Both the position numbers and the translations under genes were made by a program. Below the pieces are notes generated by a model, which was given only the letters and a program-made list of their open reading frames with translations, did no database searches and had not been told where the DNA came from. A DNA stretch of 64,000 bases from Escherichia coli (lineage in GTDB: Bacteria > Pseudomonadota > Gammaproteobacteria > Enterobacterales > Enterobacteriaceae). The stretch is from NCBI RefSeq assembly GCF_003019035.1, contig NZ_CP027447.1; one strand, 5' to 3'. Shown piece after piece: positions 49,234 through 61,257 of the stretch (position 1 is the stretch's first letter; each line of letters opens with the position of its first letter).

Positions 49234-49844
49234 TCTTGCTACAACTCTCCTCAGCTCAGGGGCCGGAAGAATGTTGCCTGGCAGTGAAAAAGGCGCTGGA
49301 CAGGTTGATTAAAGAAGCTACCCGACAAGACGTCGCGGTAACGGTGCTGGAAACAGAAACGGGTCGCTACTCTGACACACTGCGTTCGGCGCTGATTTCT
49401 CTGGATGGCGATAACGCATGGGCTCTAAGCGAAAGCTGGTGTGGCACTATCCAGTGGATTTGTCCGAGTCCGTATCGGCCTCATCATGGGCGCAAAAACT
49501 GGTTTCTGGGCATTGGGCGTTTTACCGCTGATGAGCAGGAACAATCCGACGCGATCCGTTATGAGACGCTGCGTTCGTCGGGGCCGGGCGGTCAACATGT
49601 CAATAAAACCGACTCGGCGGTACGCGCCACGCATCTGGCATCCGGTATTAGCGTGAAGGTTCAGTCAGAGCGCAGTCAGCATGCTAACAAACGGCTGGCG
49701 CGATTACTGATTGCCTGGAAGCTGGAACAACAGCAACAGGAAAATAGCGCGGCGCTGAAATCGCAGCGGCGAATGTTCCATCATCAAATTGAACGTGGCA
49801 ATCCGCGACGGATATTTACCGGGATGGCTTTTGTTGCTGTGTAA
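49230..49844 (+). CDS. prfH: Peptide chain release factor homologue PrfH (GGQ-domain protein)
   Basis: 204-aa ORF with GGQ motif (...[17 protein letters not shown]...); translationally coupled to rtcB2. Confidence 0.85.
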   Translation: MILLQLSSAQGPEECCLAVKKALDRLIKEATRQDVAVTVLETETGRYSDTLRSALISLDGDNAWALSESWCGTIQWICPSPYRPHHGRKNWFLGIGRFTADEQEQSDAIRYETLRSSGPGGQHVNKTDSAVRATHLASGISVKVQSERSQHANKRLARLLIAWKLEQQQQENSAALKSQRRMFHHQIERGNPRRIFTGMAFVAV

Positions 49845-49905
49845 TTGAGGAATGTCTCCCGCCGTTTTCTATATGAAAGCGGCGGGCAAAACGAAAGGAA
49901 TCGTC

Positions 49906-50415
49906 ATGTTTATCGGTCATCTTCCGGCTGGTTATTTAATAACTTGTACTTTAGTGAAACGCTTGCCACTGATTGCTCGTCATGCGCGCTGGGCGATGGT
50001 TATTGGCTTAGTTGGGGCCATTGCGCCCGATTTTGATCTTTTCTGGTGCTATCTGGTTGATAACGGGCAACGCCATCATCATCTTTACCCGTCTCATTGG
50101 CCATTATTATGGTTTGCTCTGCTGGCGGCGACATTAGTTTGGGCCGCAATTGCGAAGAATAAACTTCCGGCGTGGTTGGGCGTGGTGTTTTGCCTGAATG
50201 GTATCGTGCATTTATTACTCGATACGCTGGTCGGTGATATCTGGTGGTTGATGCCTTTCGTTAACCAACCCTTTGCACTCTTTCATATTACGGCGGTACA
50301 TCATCCGTGGTGGCTCAATTTTTTATTACACTGGTCGTTTTTACTTGAACTGGCATTAGTGGTTGCCGCCATTGCCATGTGGTACAGGCGTAATGCCAAA
50401 ATGGTAAATGCATGA
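49906..50415 (+). CDS. Membrane-bound metal-dependent hydrolase family protein (YdjM/DUF457-like)
   Basis: 170-aa polytopic ORF beginning MFIGHLPAGYL... with His-rich segments; AAAGGAA RBS. Confidence 0.65.
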   Translation: MFIGHLPAGYLITCTLVKRLPLIARHARWAMVIGLVGAIAPDFDLFWCYLVDNGQRHHHLYPSHWPLLWFALLAATLVWAAIAKNKLPAWLGVVFCLNGIVHLLLDTLVGDIWWLMPFVNQPFALFHITAVHHPWWLNFLLHWSFLLELALVVAAIAMWYRRNAKMVNA

Positions 50416-50690
50416 AAAAATAATTCTGACTTTAAGCGGCGTAACATGTTTCCTGGGGAAATTCTCCCGTGGCTAAGTATGTTTTCCTGACTTTGCCCCA
50501 GGCTCTGAACATATAAAAATTCTGCTTTTCACCCTTAAGTTCTTTCACGGATTCCAGCGCAAAACTTTCTTTGGTGATCAGAAACTCCCCCCATGAAATA
50601 TGGTCGCAGCTATATAAATATGCGACCTTTTCATGAGTTTCATAATGTTTTGTTATTTCGATATAGATAGCCATTGGCTTCAAACAGAAG

Positions 50691-50710
50691 TCCACGCCCG
50701 CAGGCGTGGA
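50691..50710 (-). terminator. Probable intrinsic terminator of pepD
   Basis: TCCACGCC-CGCA-GGCGTGGA hairpin 12 bp after the pepD stop, followed on the minus strand by a U-rich tract. Confidence 0.55.
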
Positions 50711-50721
50711 CATTATCGTAA

Positions 50722-52179
50722 TTACTTCGCCGGAATTTCTTTCAGCAGTTCAGTCAGCAGTGTCCAGTAATGGCCTACGCTTTCGATGTGAACTTGCTCA
50801 TCCGGAGAGTGTGGACCGGTGATGGTTGGCCCGATTGAAACCATGTCCATTTCCGGATACGGTTTTTTAAACAGACCACATTCCAGGCCCGCGTGGATAA
50901 TCTGGATGTTCGGCGTCTTGTTGAACAGACGCTGATAGGTTTCACGTACCAGATGCATCACCGGAGAATTAGCGTCCGGCTGCCAGCCAGGATATGCGCC
51001 TTTCGCTTCGGTTTTCGCGCCAGCCAGTTTACCCAGAGAATCCAGCATGCTCACCACGTAGTCTTTACCGCTGTCGATCAGAGAACGGATCAGGCAGTGA
51101 ATTTCTACGTTATTGTCAGTCATGGTCACCACACCCACGTTCAGGGAGGTTTCGACCACGCCTTTTGCCACGTCGGAGTTGCGGATCACACCGTTCGGGG
51201 TGGCGTTCAGCAGACGAATAAAGGTATCGCGAGATTTCGCAATCAGGGCAGCTTTATCGTTCGCAACAGAGTCCAGCAGCAATGCCAGATTTTTCTCTTT
51301 CTCTGCCAGCTCGTTTTTCAGGATCTCCTGATAGGTATTCACCAGAGATTTCAGTGCGTCGACTTTATCAGCTGCGACAGCAATCGTCGCAAAGGCTTCA
51401 CGCGGGATGGCGTTACGCAGTGTACCACCGTTGAAATCGATAAGGCGCAGGTCCAGCTCTTCCGCATGACCCGCCAGGAAGCGCACCAGCAGTTTGTTGG
51501 CATTACCCAGGCCAACGTGGATTTCACCGCCGGAGTGACCGCCTTTCAGACCTTTTAAGGTTAACTTGAAGGTTTCAAAACCAGCTGGAACCGCTTCACG
51601 ATCTAAATGCAGGTTGGAGGTGAAGTCGATACCCCCCGCACAACCCATGTAGATTTCACCTTCTTCTTCGGAGTCGGTGTTAATCAGAATATCAGCCTGC
51701 AACCAGTTGCTCTGTAAGCCAAAAGCACCGTCCATACCGGCTTCTTCGGTCATGGTCAGCAGCACTTCCAGCGGGCCGTGAACCACGTTTTCGTCAGCCA
51801 GAACCGCCAGTGCAGAGGCCATACCAATGCCGTTATCCGCACCCAGCGTGGTGCCGCGCGCTTTAACCCATTCGCCATCAATATAAGGCTGGATAGGATC
51901 TTTAGTGAAGTCATGCACGGTGTCGTTATTTTTCTGCGGCACCATATCGAGGTGGGCCTGCAAGACGACCGGTTTACGATTTTCCATACCTGCGGTAGCA
52001 GGTTTACGAATCAGGATATTACCTACCTGATCGCGTTCGACATGGAAACCTTTCTCTTTTGCCCAACCAACAATGTATTCAGCGAGTTGCTCTTCATGAT
52101 AGGACGGGTGAGGAATAGAACAGATTTTGGCAAAAATATCCCACAGCGGCTGTGGAGATAATTGAGACAGTTCAGACAC
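50722..52179 (-). CDS. pepD: Cytosol non-specific dipeptidase (aminoacyl-histidine dipeptidase)
   Basis: 485-aa M20-family ORF. Confidence 0.95.
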   Translation of the reverse strand: MSELSQLSPQPLWDIFAKICSIPHPSYHEEQLAEYIVGWAKEKGFHVERDQVGNILIRKPATAGMENRKPVVLQAHLDMVPQKNNDTVHDFTKDPIQPYIDGEWVKARGTTLGADNGIGMASALAVLADENVVHGPLEVLLTMTEEAGMDGAFGLQSNWLQADILINTDSEEEGEIYMGCAGGIDFTSNLHLDREAVPAGFETFKLTLKGLKGGHSGGEIHVGLGNANKLLVRFLAGHAEELDLRLIDFNGGTLRNAIPREAFATIAVAADKVDALKSLVNTYQEILKNELAEKEKNLALLLDSVANDKAALIAKSRDTFIRLLNATPNGVIRNSDVAKGVVETSLNVGVVTMTDNNVEIHCLIRSLIDSGKDYVVSMLDSLGKLAGAKTEAKGAYPGWQPDANSPVMHLVRETYQRLFNKTPNIQIIHAGLECGLFKKPYPEMDMVSIGPTITGPHSPDEQVHIESVGHYWTLLTELLKEIPAK

Positions 52180-52439
52180 GTTAAGTCTCCTTGTCGATCA
52201 CCCGCAAAACAGTATTGCAGGTCACAGGGTTAGCAGAAAATGTTGTCAACACAAGACAGGCTTGCGAGATATGTTTGAGAATACCACTTTATCCCGCGTC
52301 AGGGAGAGGCAGTGCGTAAAAAGACGCGGACTCATGTGAAATACTGGTTTTTAGTGCGCCAGATCTCTATAATCTCGCGCAACCTATTTTCCCCTCGAAC
52401 ACTTTTTAAGCCGTAGATAAACAGGCTGGGACACTTCAC

Positions 52440-52898
52440 ATGAGCGAAAAATACATCGTCACCTGGGACATGTTGCAGATCCATGCACGTAAACTCGCAA
52501 GCCGACTGATGCCTTCTGAACAATGGAAAGGCATTATTGCCGTAAGCCGTGGCGGTCTGGTACCGGGTGCGTTACTGGCGCGTGAACTGGGTATTCGTCA
52601 TGTCGATACCGTTTGTATTTCCAGCTACGATCACGACAACCAGCGCGAGCTTAAAGTGCTGAAACGCGCAGAAGGCGATGGCGAAGGCTTCATCGTTATT
52701 GATGACCTGGTGGATACCGGTGGTACTGCGGTTGCGATTCGTGAAATGTATCCAAAAGCGCACTTTGTCACCATCTTCGCTAAACCGGCTGGTCGTCCGC
52801 TGGTTGATGACTATGTTGTTGATATCCCGCAAGATACCTGGATTGAACAACCGTGGGATATGGGCGTCGTATTCGTCCCGCCAATCTCCGGTCGCTAA
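52440..52898 (+). CDS. gpt: Xanthine-guanine phosphoribosyltransferase
   Basis: 152-aa ORF with PRPP-binding motif (...[14 protein letters not shown]...). Confidence 0.95.
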
Positions 52899-52989
52899 TC
52901 TTTTCAACGCCTGGCACTGCCGGGCGTTGTTCTTTTTAACTTCAGGCGGGTTACAATAGTTTCCAGTAAGTATTCTGGAGGCTGCATCC

Positions 52990-54234
52990 ATGACACAGGC
53001 AAACCTGAGCGAAACCCTGTTCAAACCCCGCTTTAAACATCCTGAAACCTCGACGCTAGTCCGCCGCTTTAATCACGGCGCACAACCGCCTGTGCAGTCG
53101 GCCCTTGATGGTAAAACCATCCCTCACTGGTATCGCATGATTAACCGTCTGATGTGGATCTGGCGCGGCATTGACCCACGTGAAATCCTCGACGTCCAGG
53201 CACGTATTGTGATGAGCGATGCCGAACGTACCGACGATGATTTATACGATACGGTGATTGGCTACCGCGGCGGCAACTGGATTTATGAGTGGGCTACCCA
53301 GGCGATGGTGTGGCAACAAAAAGCCTGTGCGGAAGAAGATCCGCAACTCAGTGGTCGTCACTGGTTGCATGCGGCTACGTTGTACAACATTGCCGCCTAT
53401 CCTCATCTGAAAGGAGATGATCTGGCCGAGCAAGCGCAGGCTTTGTCAAACCGTGCCTATGAAGAGGCCGCCCAACGTCTGCCGGGCACGATGCGGCAGA
53501 TGGAGTTTACCGTACCCGGCGGTGCGCCCATCACCGGCTTTTTGCATATGCCGAAAGGTGATGGCCCGTTCCCGACAGTATTAATGTGTGGTGGTCTGGA
53601 TGCGATGCAGACGGACTATTACAGCCTGTATGAACGTTATTTTGCGCCGCGCGGCATTGCGATGCTGACTATTGATATGCCGTCGGTGGGCTTTTCTTCA
53701 AAATGGAGGCTCACCCAGGACTCCAGCCTGTTGCATCAGCACGTCTTAAAGGCGCTGCCTAACGTACCGTGGGTAGATCACACTCGCGTCGCGGCCTTTG
53801 GTTTCCGTTTCGGCGCTAACGTTGCCGTGCGTCTGGCATACCTTGAATCGCCGCGTCTGAAAGCGGTTGCCTGTCTTGGTCCGGTAGTTCATACCCTGTT
53901 GAGTGATTTTAAGTGCCAGCAACAGGTGCCGGAAATGTATCTTGACGTTCTGGCGAGCCGTTTGGGGATGCATGATGCTTCCGACGAAGCGTTGCGCGTG
54001 GAGCTGAATCGCTATTCATTAAAAGTGCAAGGATTGCTGGGACGTCGCTGCCCAACGCCAATGTTATCAGGCTACTGGAAGAACGATCCGTTCAGCCCGG
54101 AAGAGGACTCACGCTTAATCACCTCATCATCTGCTGACGGTAAATTGTTAGAGATCCCATTTAACCCGGTGTATCGGAATTTTGACAAAGGTCTTCAGGA
54201 AATCACCGACTGGATCGAAAAACGATTGTGTTAA
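52990..54234 (+). CDS. frsA: Esterase FrsA (alpha/beta hydrolase)
   Basis: 414-aa ORF in conserved position between gpt and crl. Confidence 0.9.
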   Translation: MTQANLSETLFKPRFKHPETSTLVRRFNHGAQPPVQSALDGKTIPHWYRMINRLMWIWRGIDPREILDVQARIVMSDAERTDDDLYDTVIGYRGGNWIYEWATQAMVWQQKACAEEDPQLSGRHWLHAATLYNIAAYPHLKGDDLAEQAQALSNRAYEEAAQRLPGTMRQMEFTVPGGAPITGFLHMPKGDGPFPTVLMCGGLDAMQTDYYSLYERYFAPRGIAMLTIDMPSVGFSSKWRLTQDSSLLHQHVLKALPNVPWVDHTRVAAFGFRFGANVAVRLAYLESPRLKAVACLGPVVHTLLSDFKCQQQVPEMYLDVLASRLGMHDASDEALRVELNRYSLKVQGLLGRRCPTPMLSGYWKNDPFSPEEDSRLITSSSADGKLLEIPFNPVYRNFDKGLQEITDWIEKRLC

Positions 54235-54693
<459 letters not shown>

Positions 54694-54731
54694 GTGAAAT
54701 GTGCCGGATGCATCACATCCGGCAATATCCA

Positions 54732-55787
54732 TTAAAACTGATAGGTCATGCCAACCGCGACAATATCATCATTATTGATGTTCAGCTTATTATCGCTATC
54801 CAGTTGGTTTATTTTATAATCAACAAATGCCGACATATTTTTGTTGAAATAATACGTAGCACCGACGTCGATATAATTAACCAGATCTTCATCACCGATG
54901 CCCTCAATATCTTTCCCTTTCGATAAGACATAACCCAGCGACGGACGCAGACCAAAGTCAAACTGGTATTGAGCGACCGCTTCAAAGTTCTGTGTCTTAT
55001 TGGCAAAGCCGCCAGAGATTGGCGTCATTTTACGCGTTTCAGAATAAAAAGTTGCCAGATAAATATTATTGGCATCGTATTTCAGACCTGTTGCCCATGC
55101 TTCTGCACGCTTGCCTGTACCACGGCTTTGCAGGTTCTGCTCGTTGGTGCGATCAGAGTTGGTATAGGCTCCACTGATGGCGAAATCGCTGCCACCAAAG
55201 TCATATGTCAATGACGTGCCGAAGCCATCGCCGTTTTGCTTTTTAACGTCGCGGTTTTCGTTTTTCCCTTGATATTGCAGGGTTAAGTTCAGACCATCGA
55301 TAACGCCGAAGAAGTCGGTGTTCCTATACGTCGCCAGACCGCTGGCACGTTTGGTCATAAAGTTGTCGGTCTGTGCGGAGGAGTCGCCACCAAACTCCGG
55401 GAACATATCGGTCCAGGCTTCCACGTCATACAGCGCGCCCAGGTTACGACCATAATCGAAAGAACCCAAATCTTTATATTTCAACCCGGCAAAAGCGAGA
55501 CGCGTTTTTTGCTGTGCAGTATCACTCTCCGCTTTATTACCGGCAAACTCTGCTTCCCACCGACCATAACCCGTCAGTTGATCGTTAATTTGTGTTTCGC
55601 CTTTAAAACCAAAACGGATATAACTTTGGTCGCCATCTTTACTGTCATTATCGCTCATATAATGCATGGCTTTAACTTTGCCATAGACATCCAGTTTATT
55701 ACCGTCTTTGTTATATATTTCTGCGGCCTGTACGGATGCCGATGCCACAATGCCCATCACCACTAATGCCAGAGTGCTCTTTTTCAT
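54732..55787 (-). CDS. phoE: Outer membrane phosphoporin PhoE
   Basis: Signal peptide plus general porin family sequence ending ...VAVGMTYQF. Confidence 0.95.
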   Translation of the reverse strand: MKKSTLALVVMGIVASASVQAAEIYNKDGNKLDVYGKVKAMHYMSDNDSKDGDQSYIRFGFKGETQINDQLTGYGRWEAEFAGNKAESDTAQQKTRLAFAGLKYKDLGSFDYGRNLGALYDVEAWTDMFPEFGGDSSAQTDNFMTKRASGLATYRNTDFFGVIDGLNLTLQYQGKNENRDVKKQNGDGFGTSLTYDFGGSDFAISGAYTNSDRTNEQNLQSRGTGKRAEAWATGLKYDANNIYLATFYSETRKMTPISGGFANKTQNFEAVAQYQFDFGLRPSLGYVLSKGKDIEGIGDEDLVNYIDVGATYYFNKNMSAFVDYKINQLDSDNKLNINNDDIVAVGMTYQF

Positions 55788-55869
55788 TTTCATTCCTGAT
55801 TTTAATTAACGCGCGAATATTCAGCGGGAGAGCCCCGTTGAAAACAGGAAAGTTTTTAACCTGAGATTG

Positions 55870-55886
55870 TTAAAGATATATTACAG
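55870..55886 (-). promoter_or_regulatory. Candidate Pho box (PhoB binding site) upstream of phoE
   Basis: Minus-strand CTGTAATATATCTTTAA resembles pho-box direct repeats. Confidence 0.4.
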
Positions 55887-56074
55887 ATTAATGATATTCT
55901 TAAAATGTGGTAATTTATTAAATCTGTAATAAAAGCGTAAACAACTGCCGCTACGCTTGCTGATCCCGCGCAACAAAACGCCATGCTTTGCTTGCAGATG
56001 GTTGGCAACCGACGACAGTCCTGCTAAAACGTTCGTTTGATATCATTTTTCCTAAAATTGAATGGCAGAGAATC

Positions 56075-57178
56075 ATGAGTGACAGCCAGACGCTGGTGGT
56101 AAAACTCGGCACCAGTGTGCTAACAGGCGGATCGCGCCGCCTGAACCGTGCCCATATCGTTGAACTTGTTCGCCAGTGCGCGCAGTTACATGCCGCCGGG
56201 CATCGGATTGTTATTGTGACGTCGGGCGCGATCGCCGCCGGACGTGAGCACCTGGGTTACCCGGAACTGCCAGCGACTATCGCCTCGAAACAACTGCTGG
56301 CGGCGGTAGGGCAGAGTCGACTGATTCAACTGTGGGAACAGCTGTTTTCGATTTATGGCATTCACGTCGGGCAAATGCTGCTGACCCGTGCTGATATGGA
56401 AGATCGTGAACGCTTCCTGAACGCCCGCGACACCCTGCGTGCGTTGCTCGATAACAATATCGTTCCGGTAATCAATGAGAACGATGCTGTTGCTACGGCA
56501 GAGATTAAGGTCGGCGATAACGACAATCTTTCTGCGCTGGCGGCGATTCTGGCGGGTGCCGATAAACTGTTGCTGCTGACCGATCAAAAAGGTTTGTATA
56601 CCGCTGACCCGCGCAGCAATCCGCAGGCAGAACTGATTAAAGATGTTTACGGCATTGATGACGCACTGCGCGCGATTGCCGGTGACAGCGTTTCAGGCCT
56701 CGGAACTGGCGGCATGAGTACCAAATTGCAGGCCGCAGACGTGGCTTGCCGTGCGGGTATCGACACCATTATTGCCGCGGGCAGCAAGCCGGGCGTTATT
56801 GGTGATGTGATGGAAGGCATCTCCGTCGGTACGTTGTTCCATGCCCAGGCGACTCCGCTTGAAAACCGCAAACGCTGGATTTTCGGTGCGCCGCCGGCGG
56901 GTGAAATCACGGTAGATGAAGGGGCAACCGCCGCCATTCTCGAACGCGGCAGCTCCCTGTTGCCGAAAGGCATTAAAAGCGTGACTGGCAACTTCTCGCG
57001 TGGTGAAGTCATCCGCATTTGCAACCTCGAAGGTCGCGATATCGCTCACGGCGTCAGTCGTTACAACAGCGATGCATTACGCCGTATTGCCGGACACCAC
57101 TCGCAAGAAATTGATGCAATACTGGGATATGAATACGGCCCGGTTGCCGTTCACCGTGATGACATGATTACCCGTTAA
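56075..57178 (+). CDS. proB: Glutamate 5-kinase
   Basis: 367-aa ORF from [16 protein letters not shown]...; ORF-track N-terminal extension discarded. Confidence 0.95.
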
Positions 57179-57189
57179 GGAGCTGGCCG

Positions 57190-58443
57190 ATGCTGGAACA
57201 AATGGGCATTGCCGCGAAGCAAGCCTCTTATAAATTAGCGCAACTCTCCAGCCGCGAAAAAAATCGTGTGCTGGAAAAAATCGCCGATGAACTGGAAGCA
57301 CAAAGCGAAATCATCCTCAACGCTAACGCCCAGGATGTTGCTGACGCGCGTGCCAATGGCCTTAGCGAAGCGATGCTTGACCGTCTGGCACTGACGCCCG
57401 CACGGCTGAAAGGCATTGCCGACGATGTGCGCCAGGTGTGCAATCTCGCCGATCCGGTGGGGCGGGTAATCGATGGCGGCGTACTGGACAGTGGCCTGCG
57501 TCTGGAGCGTCGTCGCGTACCGCTGGGGGTTATTGGCGTGATTTATGAAGCGCGCCCGAACGTGACGGTTGATGTCGCTTCGCTGTGCCTGAAAACAGGT
57601 AACGCAGTGATCCTGCGCGGCGGCAAAGAAACGTGTCGCACTAACGCGGCAACGGTGGCAGTGATTCAGGACGCCCTGAAATCCTGTGGCTTACCGGCGG
57701 GTGCCGTGCAGGCGATTGATAATCCTGACCGTGCGCTGGTCAGTGAAATGCTGCGTATGGATAAATACATCGACATGCTGATCCCGCGCGGCGGGGCTGG
57801 TTTGCATAAACTGTGCCGCGAACAGTCGACAATTCCGGTGATCACTGGTGGTATAGGCGTATGCCATATTTACGTTGATGAAAGCGCAGAGATCGCTGAA
57901 GCATTAAAAGTGATCGTCAACGCGAAAACTCAGCGACCGAGCACATGTAATACGGTAGAAACGTTGCTGGTAAATAAAAACATCGCAGATAGCTTCCTGC
58001 CCGCATTAAGCAAGCAAATGGCGGAAAGTGGCGTGACGTTACACGCAGATGCTGCTGCGCTGGCGCAGTTGCAGGCAGGCCCCGCGAAGGTGGTGGCTGT
58101 TAAAGCCGAAGAGTATGACGATGAGTTCCTGTCATTAGACTTGAACGTCAAAATTGTCAGCGATCTTGACGATGCTATCGCCCATATTCGTGAACACGGC
58201 ACGCAACACTCCGATGCGATCCTGACCCGCGATATGCGCAACGCCCAGCGTTTTGTTAATGAAGTAGATTCATCCGCTGTTTACGTTAACGCCTCTACGC
58301 GTTTTACCGACGGCGGCCAGTTTGGACTGGGCGCGGAAGTGGCGGTAAGCACACAAAAACTCCACGCGCGTGGCCCGATGGGCCTGGAAGCACTGACCAC
58401 TTACAAGTGGATCGGCATCGGTGATTACACCATTCGTGCGTAA
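57190..58443 (+). CDS. proA: Gamma-glutamyl phosphate reductase
   Basis: 417-aa aldehyde dehydrogenase-fold ORF following proB. Confidence 0.95.
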   Translation: MLEQMGIAAKQASYKLAQLSSREKNRVLEKIADELEAQSEIILNANAQDVADARANGLSEAMLDRLALTPARLKGIADDVRQVCNLADPVGRVIDGGVLDSGLRLERRRVPLGVIGVIYEARPNVTVDVASLCLKTGNAVILRGGKETCRTNAATVAVIQDALKSCGLPAGAVQAIDNPDRALVSEMLRMDKYIDMLIPRGGAGLHKLCREQSTIPVITGGIGVCHIYVDESAEIAEALKVIVNAKTQRPSTCNTVETLLVNKNIADSFLPALSKQMAESGVTLHADAAALAQLQAGPAKVVAVKAEEYDDEFLSLDLNVKIVSDLDDAIAHIREHGTQHSDAILTRDMRNAQRFVNEVDSSAVYVNASTRFTDGGQFGLGAEVAVSTQKLHARGPMGLEALTTYKWIGIGDYTIRA

Positions 58444-58557
58444 ATAAAACCGGGTGATGCAAAAGTAGCCATTTGATTCACAAGGCCATTGACGCATCGC
58501 CCGGTTAGTTTTAACCTTGTCCACCGTGATTCACGTTCGTGAACATGTCCTTTCAGG

Positions 58558-58633
58558 GCCGATATAGCTCAGTTGGTAGAGCAGCGCATTCGTAATGCGA
58601 AGGTCGTAGGTTCGACTCCTATTATCGGCACCA
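58558..58633 (+). tRNA. thrW: tRNA-Thr (anticodon CGU); phage attachment target
   Basis: GCCGATATAGCTCAGTTGGTAGAGCAGCGCATTCGTAATGCGAAGGTCGTAGGTTCGACTCCTATTATCGGCACCA; cloverleaf with CGT anticodon and encoded CCA end. Confidence 0.9.
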
Positions 58634-58647
58634 TTAAAATCAATAAG

Positions 58648-59811
58648 TTACACATCATTAGTACCTTCCTTATTTTTTGACTGGGACAAATTTGGGACCG
58701 ATGGGTTCAGGATCGAGTCTATTTGCCGTGCGTGTTCGGTAAGGTGATTAGGTGCAAGGTGAGCATATCGACGAACCATTTCGATAGACTCCCAGCCTCC
58801 CATTTCCTGTAACACTGACAACGGGACTCCGGCTTGAACCAGCCAACTTGCCCAGGTGTGTCTCAAGTCGTGAAATCTGAAATCATCAATACCAGCCCGT
58901 CTCAGCGCCGCTTTCCAGGCTGTGTTTGCGTCATACCGCATCTTCCTTACTGTTGGCGCTTTCGTTCCGTCTGGTTTGGTACAGCTTTCCTTGTACACAA
59001 ATACCCAACGGTGATGATTCCCGATTTGTTTTTTCAATACGCGACATGCAGTATCATTCAGCGCAACGCCAATTGCGCGGTTTGATTTACTCTCTTCCGG
59101 GTTTATCCATGCCACCCGGCGCTGCATATCTATTTGTTGCCATTCAAGGTTGATGATGTTCGAGCGTCTTAAGCCTGTTGCCAGTGCAAATTCAACAACA
59201 GACTTTAATGGCTCCGGACATTCATCAATCAGCCTTTGTGCTTCATGGGGTTCCAGCCAGCGGATCCGTTTATTCTTTGGTTGAGGCACTTTAATAATTG
59301 GTGCCTTATCCAGCATTTTCCATTCACGCTCTGCGGCTCTTAGTAGGGCCTTTATAAATGAAAGATGCGTAGCCTTCGTTGCAACGGACGCTGGTTTTGG
59401 CGTGTATTCTGGAACAGGTTTCCCTTTTTTTCTGCATGCTTCTGCCCTGAGTTTCCAGTTTTCCTCATGACGCCGGTTCGTCATTTTCTGCATTGCTGAA
59501 TAAATTTTTGATTCAGTAATGTCTCTTAGTTGCATTCCTGCGAAATGTTGAAGCCAGAATCCGATCCGGCTTTTGTCATCGTCCAGTGATTTTTTATGTG
59601 CTTTCTCTTCAAGCCACCTGACACACGCTTCCTCGAACGTTATATCAGGTATTTCACCAAGTTTGCTGACCCGCCATGCTTCGGCCTTTAGCTTGTCATG
59701 GAGTTCTGTCGCCTGCCTTTTGTCCTTTGTTCCAAGAGACTGTTTAAATCTTTTACCGTTCGGCAATGTGAAACTGGCGTACCATATTTCACCTCTGCGG
59801 AAGAGTGACAT
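58648..59811 (-). CDS. int: Phage tyrosine integrase (P22-type)
   Basis: 387-aa [27 protein letters not shown]... with catalytic ...HDLRHTWAS... and ...VRRYAHL... motifs. Confidence 0.9.
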   Translation of the reverse strand: MSLFRRGEIWYASFTLPNGKRFKQSLGTKDKRQATELHDKLKAEAWRVSKLGEIPDITFEEACVRWLEEKAHKKSLDDDKSRIGFWLQHFAGMQLRDITESKIYSAMQKMTNRRHEENWKLRAEACRKKGKPVPEYTPKPASVATKATHLSFIKALLRAAEREWKMLDKAPIIKVPQPKNKRIRWLEPHEAQRLIDECPEPLKSVVEFALATGLRRSNIINLEWQQIDMQRRVAWINPEESKSNRAIGVALNDTACRVLKKQIGNHHRWVFVYKESCTKPDGTKAPTVRKMRYDANTAWKAALRRAGIDDFRFHDLRHTWASWLVQAGVPLSVLQEMGGWESIEMVRRYAHLAPNHLTEHARQIDSILNPSVPNLSQSKNKEGTNDV

Positions 59812-60038
59812 TTTCTTTCCTCTGTTATGCCATCACCCGCGCTCACCTGGACAGTATGCAGCGGAGACTGAAGAGCCGCAATGCAGGCTTGTCGTGTTGT
59901 GAGGTAAGGAGATTTATTCTTAGTGGGATCTTTGCGTGTTGCCTGAAGACGCCCTGTGCGTATCCAGTTAATAGCAGTCGGTCTGGATATCTTGAGAAAA
60001 TGACAGGCCTCATCGAGTGTGAGGCTGTATGGCTCCAT
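59688..60038 (-). CDS. xis: Excisionase-like DNA-binding protein (116 aa), 3' end overlapping the int start
   Basis: HTH-like N-terminus ...[26 protein letters not shown]...; GAGGTG RBS; TAATG stop-start overlap with the upstream gene. Confidence 0.55.
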   Translation of the reverse strand: MEPYSLTLDEACHFLKISRPTAINWIRTGRLQATRKDPTKNKSPYLTTRQACIAALQSPLHTVQVSAGDGITEERKCHSSAEVKYGTPVSHCRTVKDLNSLLEQRTKGRRQNSMTS

Positions 60039-60382
60039 TATTTCACCTCTTGCTGTGACATTGTTGAAAAATGGATACCAGCTCGTTGCTGCCAGACGAT
60101 CCAACCGAGAGTCATATCCCATGCCATGTATTCGTTATCGCCGTTTTTTGCTCTCCGACGATCGACTGTTTTACCGAAACGCTTTTCCATAAATAATTCA
60201 TAGGCTACGCGTTCATCTGGCTCAACTTCCAGAGATGCCAGTGCAATCCGTGCCAGTTCTAAATCATTTTCAAGCTCAGCGCGAATCTCAGCGAATGCAC
60301 TCTGTGTTAAGGCGAACTCAATGCTCTGCACTTTATTCCGTGCGCGCTCAAGCAGTGCATGGTAGTTAATTTCGGTTGTCAT
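60038..60382 (-). CDS. Phage hypothetical protein (114 aa)
   Basis: ORF translationally coupled to neighbours on both sides. Confidence 0.6.
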   Translation of the reverse strand: MTTEINYHALLERARNKVQSIEFALTQSAFAEIRAELENDLELARIALASLEVEPDERVAYELFMEKRFGKTVDRRRAKNGDNEYMAWDMTLGWIVWQQRAGIHFSTMSQQEVK

Positions 60383-61257
60383 ACCCCTACCTCTTCGAAT
60401 TCCAATTCCAATTGATCACCCCAGATTTCACATGACTCTGAACACGAACCGGTATCGAATCGCCTGGCCTGTACCATCGCCTGATACAAATTTCTGTAGT
60501 CGCTGTTGGCAGACATTCTGGCAATTCCGTCAAGCGTCAGGTGACCACGGTACATAATGTCTTTACCTGTTCTGCGATGACCATCCCTGACGTGTTTGCC
60601 TGTAACCAGCTCATTAAAAACTCGCATCAGACCTGGTTCGTCTTTACATGCAAGCCCCAGCTTTTGCGTTGACTTTTTGATGCAGAAAACACAGTTCCCG
60701 AGATGCTCCGGGATTTGCAAATCAAAAGGTTGTTTTCGCCACCACCGGATAACATCCGACTTATCAAAATCTGACAGCTCGGCAAGATACCGGACGCCCG
60801 ATTTCGGTTTCAGCCTACGGGGTTCGTCTGCACGAATACCCAGCCATGTGATGTAATTACCTCGCCCGAAATGGTTATCGCAGTATTTCGTGAAAGGGAT
60901 GAGTTTTAGCCTGTCAGTACAGAACGCGCCGCCGATGTATGGCGTGCCGTACTTTTTAACCATGTCCATAAACGGTTTAAGCACCGGCATTCGTGTCTGA
61001 ATATCCTTTGGCTCCCATTCTGTATAACCATTTGGCTGCCCAAGCTCAGGATTTATATCGACCTGTAACACAGTTAGTGGTATGTCCCAGAACTTTACAA
61101 CCTCCCGGATAAAGCGGTATGTCAGCGGATGTTCGCAACCGGTATCCATAAAGATGTAGCAGACGTTATTGCCAGCCTTTCTTTGTTCTTCCATCAGGTG
61201 AACAAGATATGCGGATGTTCTCCCGCCAGAAAAACTAACTACATGAGTTATGCACAT
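60379..61257 (-). CDS. Phosphoadenosine phosphosulfate reductase-like (PP-loop ATPase superfamily) phage protein
   Basis: SGGRTS PP-loop motif near the N-terminus; start set at MCITHVVSFSGG (ORF track extends upstream). Confidence 0.7.
   Translation of the reverse strand: MCITHVVSFSGGRTSAYLVHLMEEQRKAGNNVCYIFMDTGCEHPLTYRFIREVVKFWDIPLTVLQVDINPELGQPNGYTEWEPKDIQTRMPVLKPFMDMVKKYGTPYIGGAFCTDRLKLIPFTKYCDNHFGRGNYITWLGIRADEPRRLKPKSGVRYLAELSDFDKSDVIRWWRKQPFDLQIPEHLGNCVFCIKKSTQKLGLACKDEPGLMRVFNELVTGKHVRDGHRRTGKDIMYRGHLTLDGIARMSANSDYRNLYQAMVQARRFDTGSCSESCEIWGDQLELEFEEVGV

Noticed and set aside
50432-50713. 93-aa minus-strand ORF immediately downstream of pepD
   Set aside because: Its start codon sits inside the pepD terminator hairpin, there is no RBS, and the segment is AT-rich; more likely non-coding 3' region, though a small gene cannot be excluded
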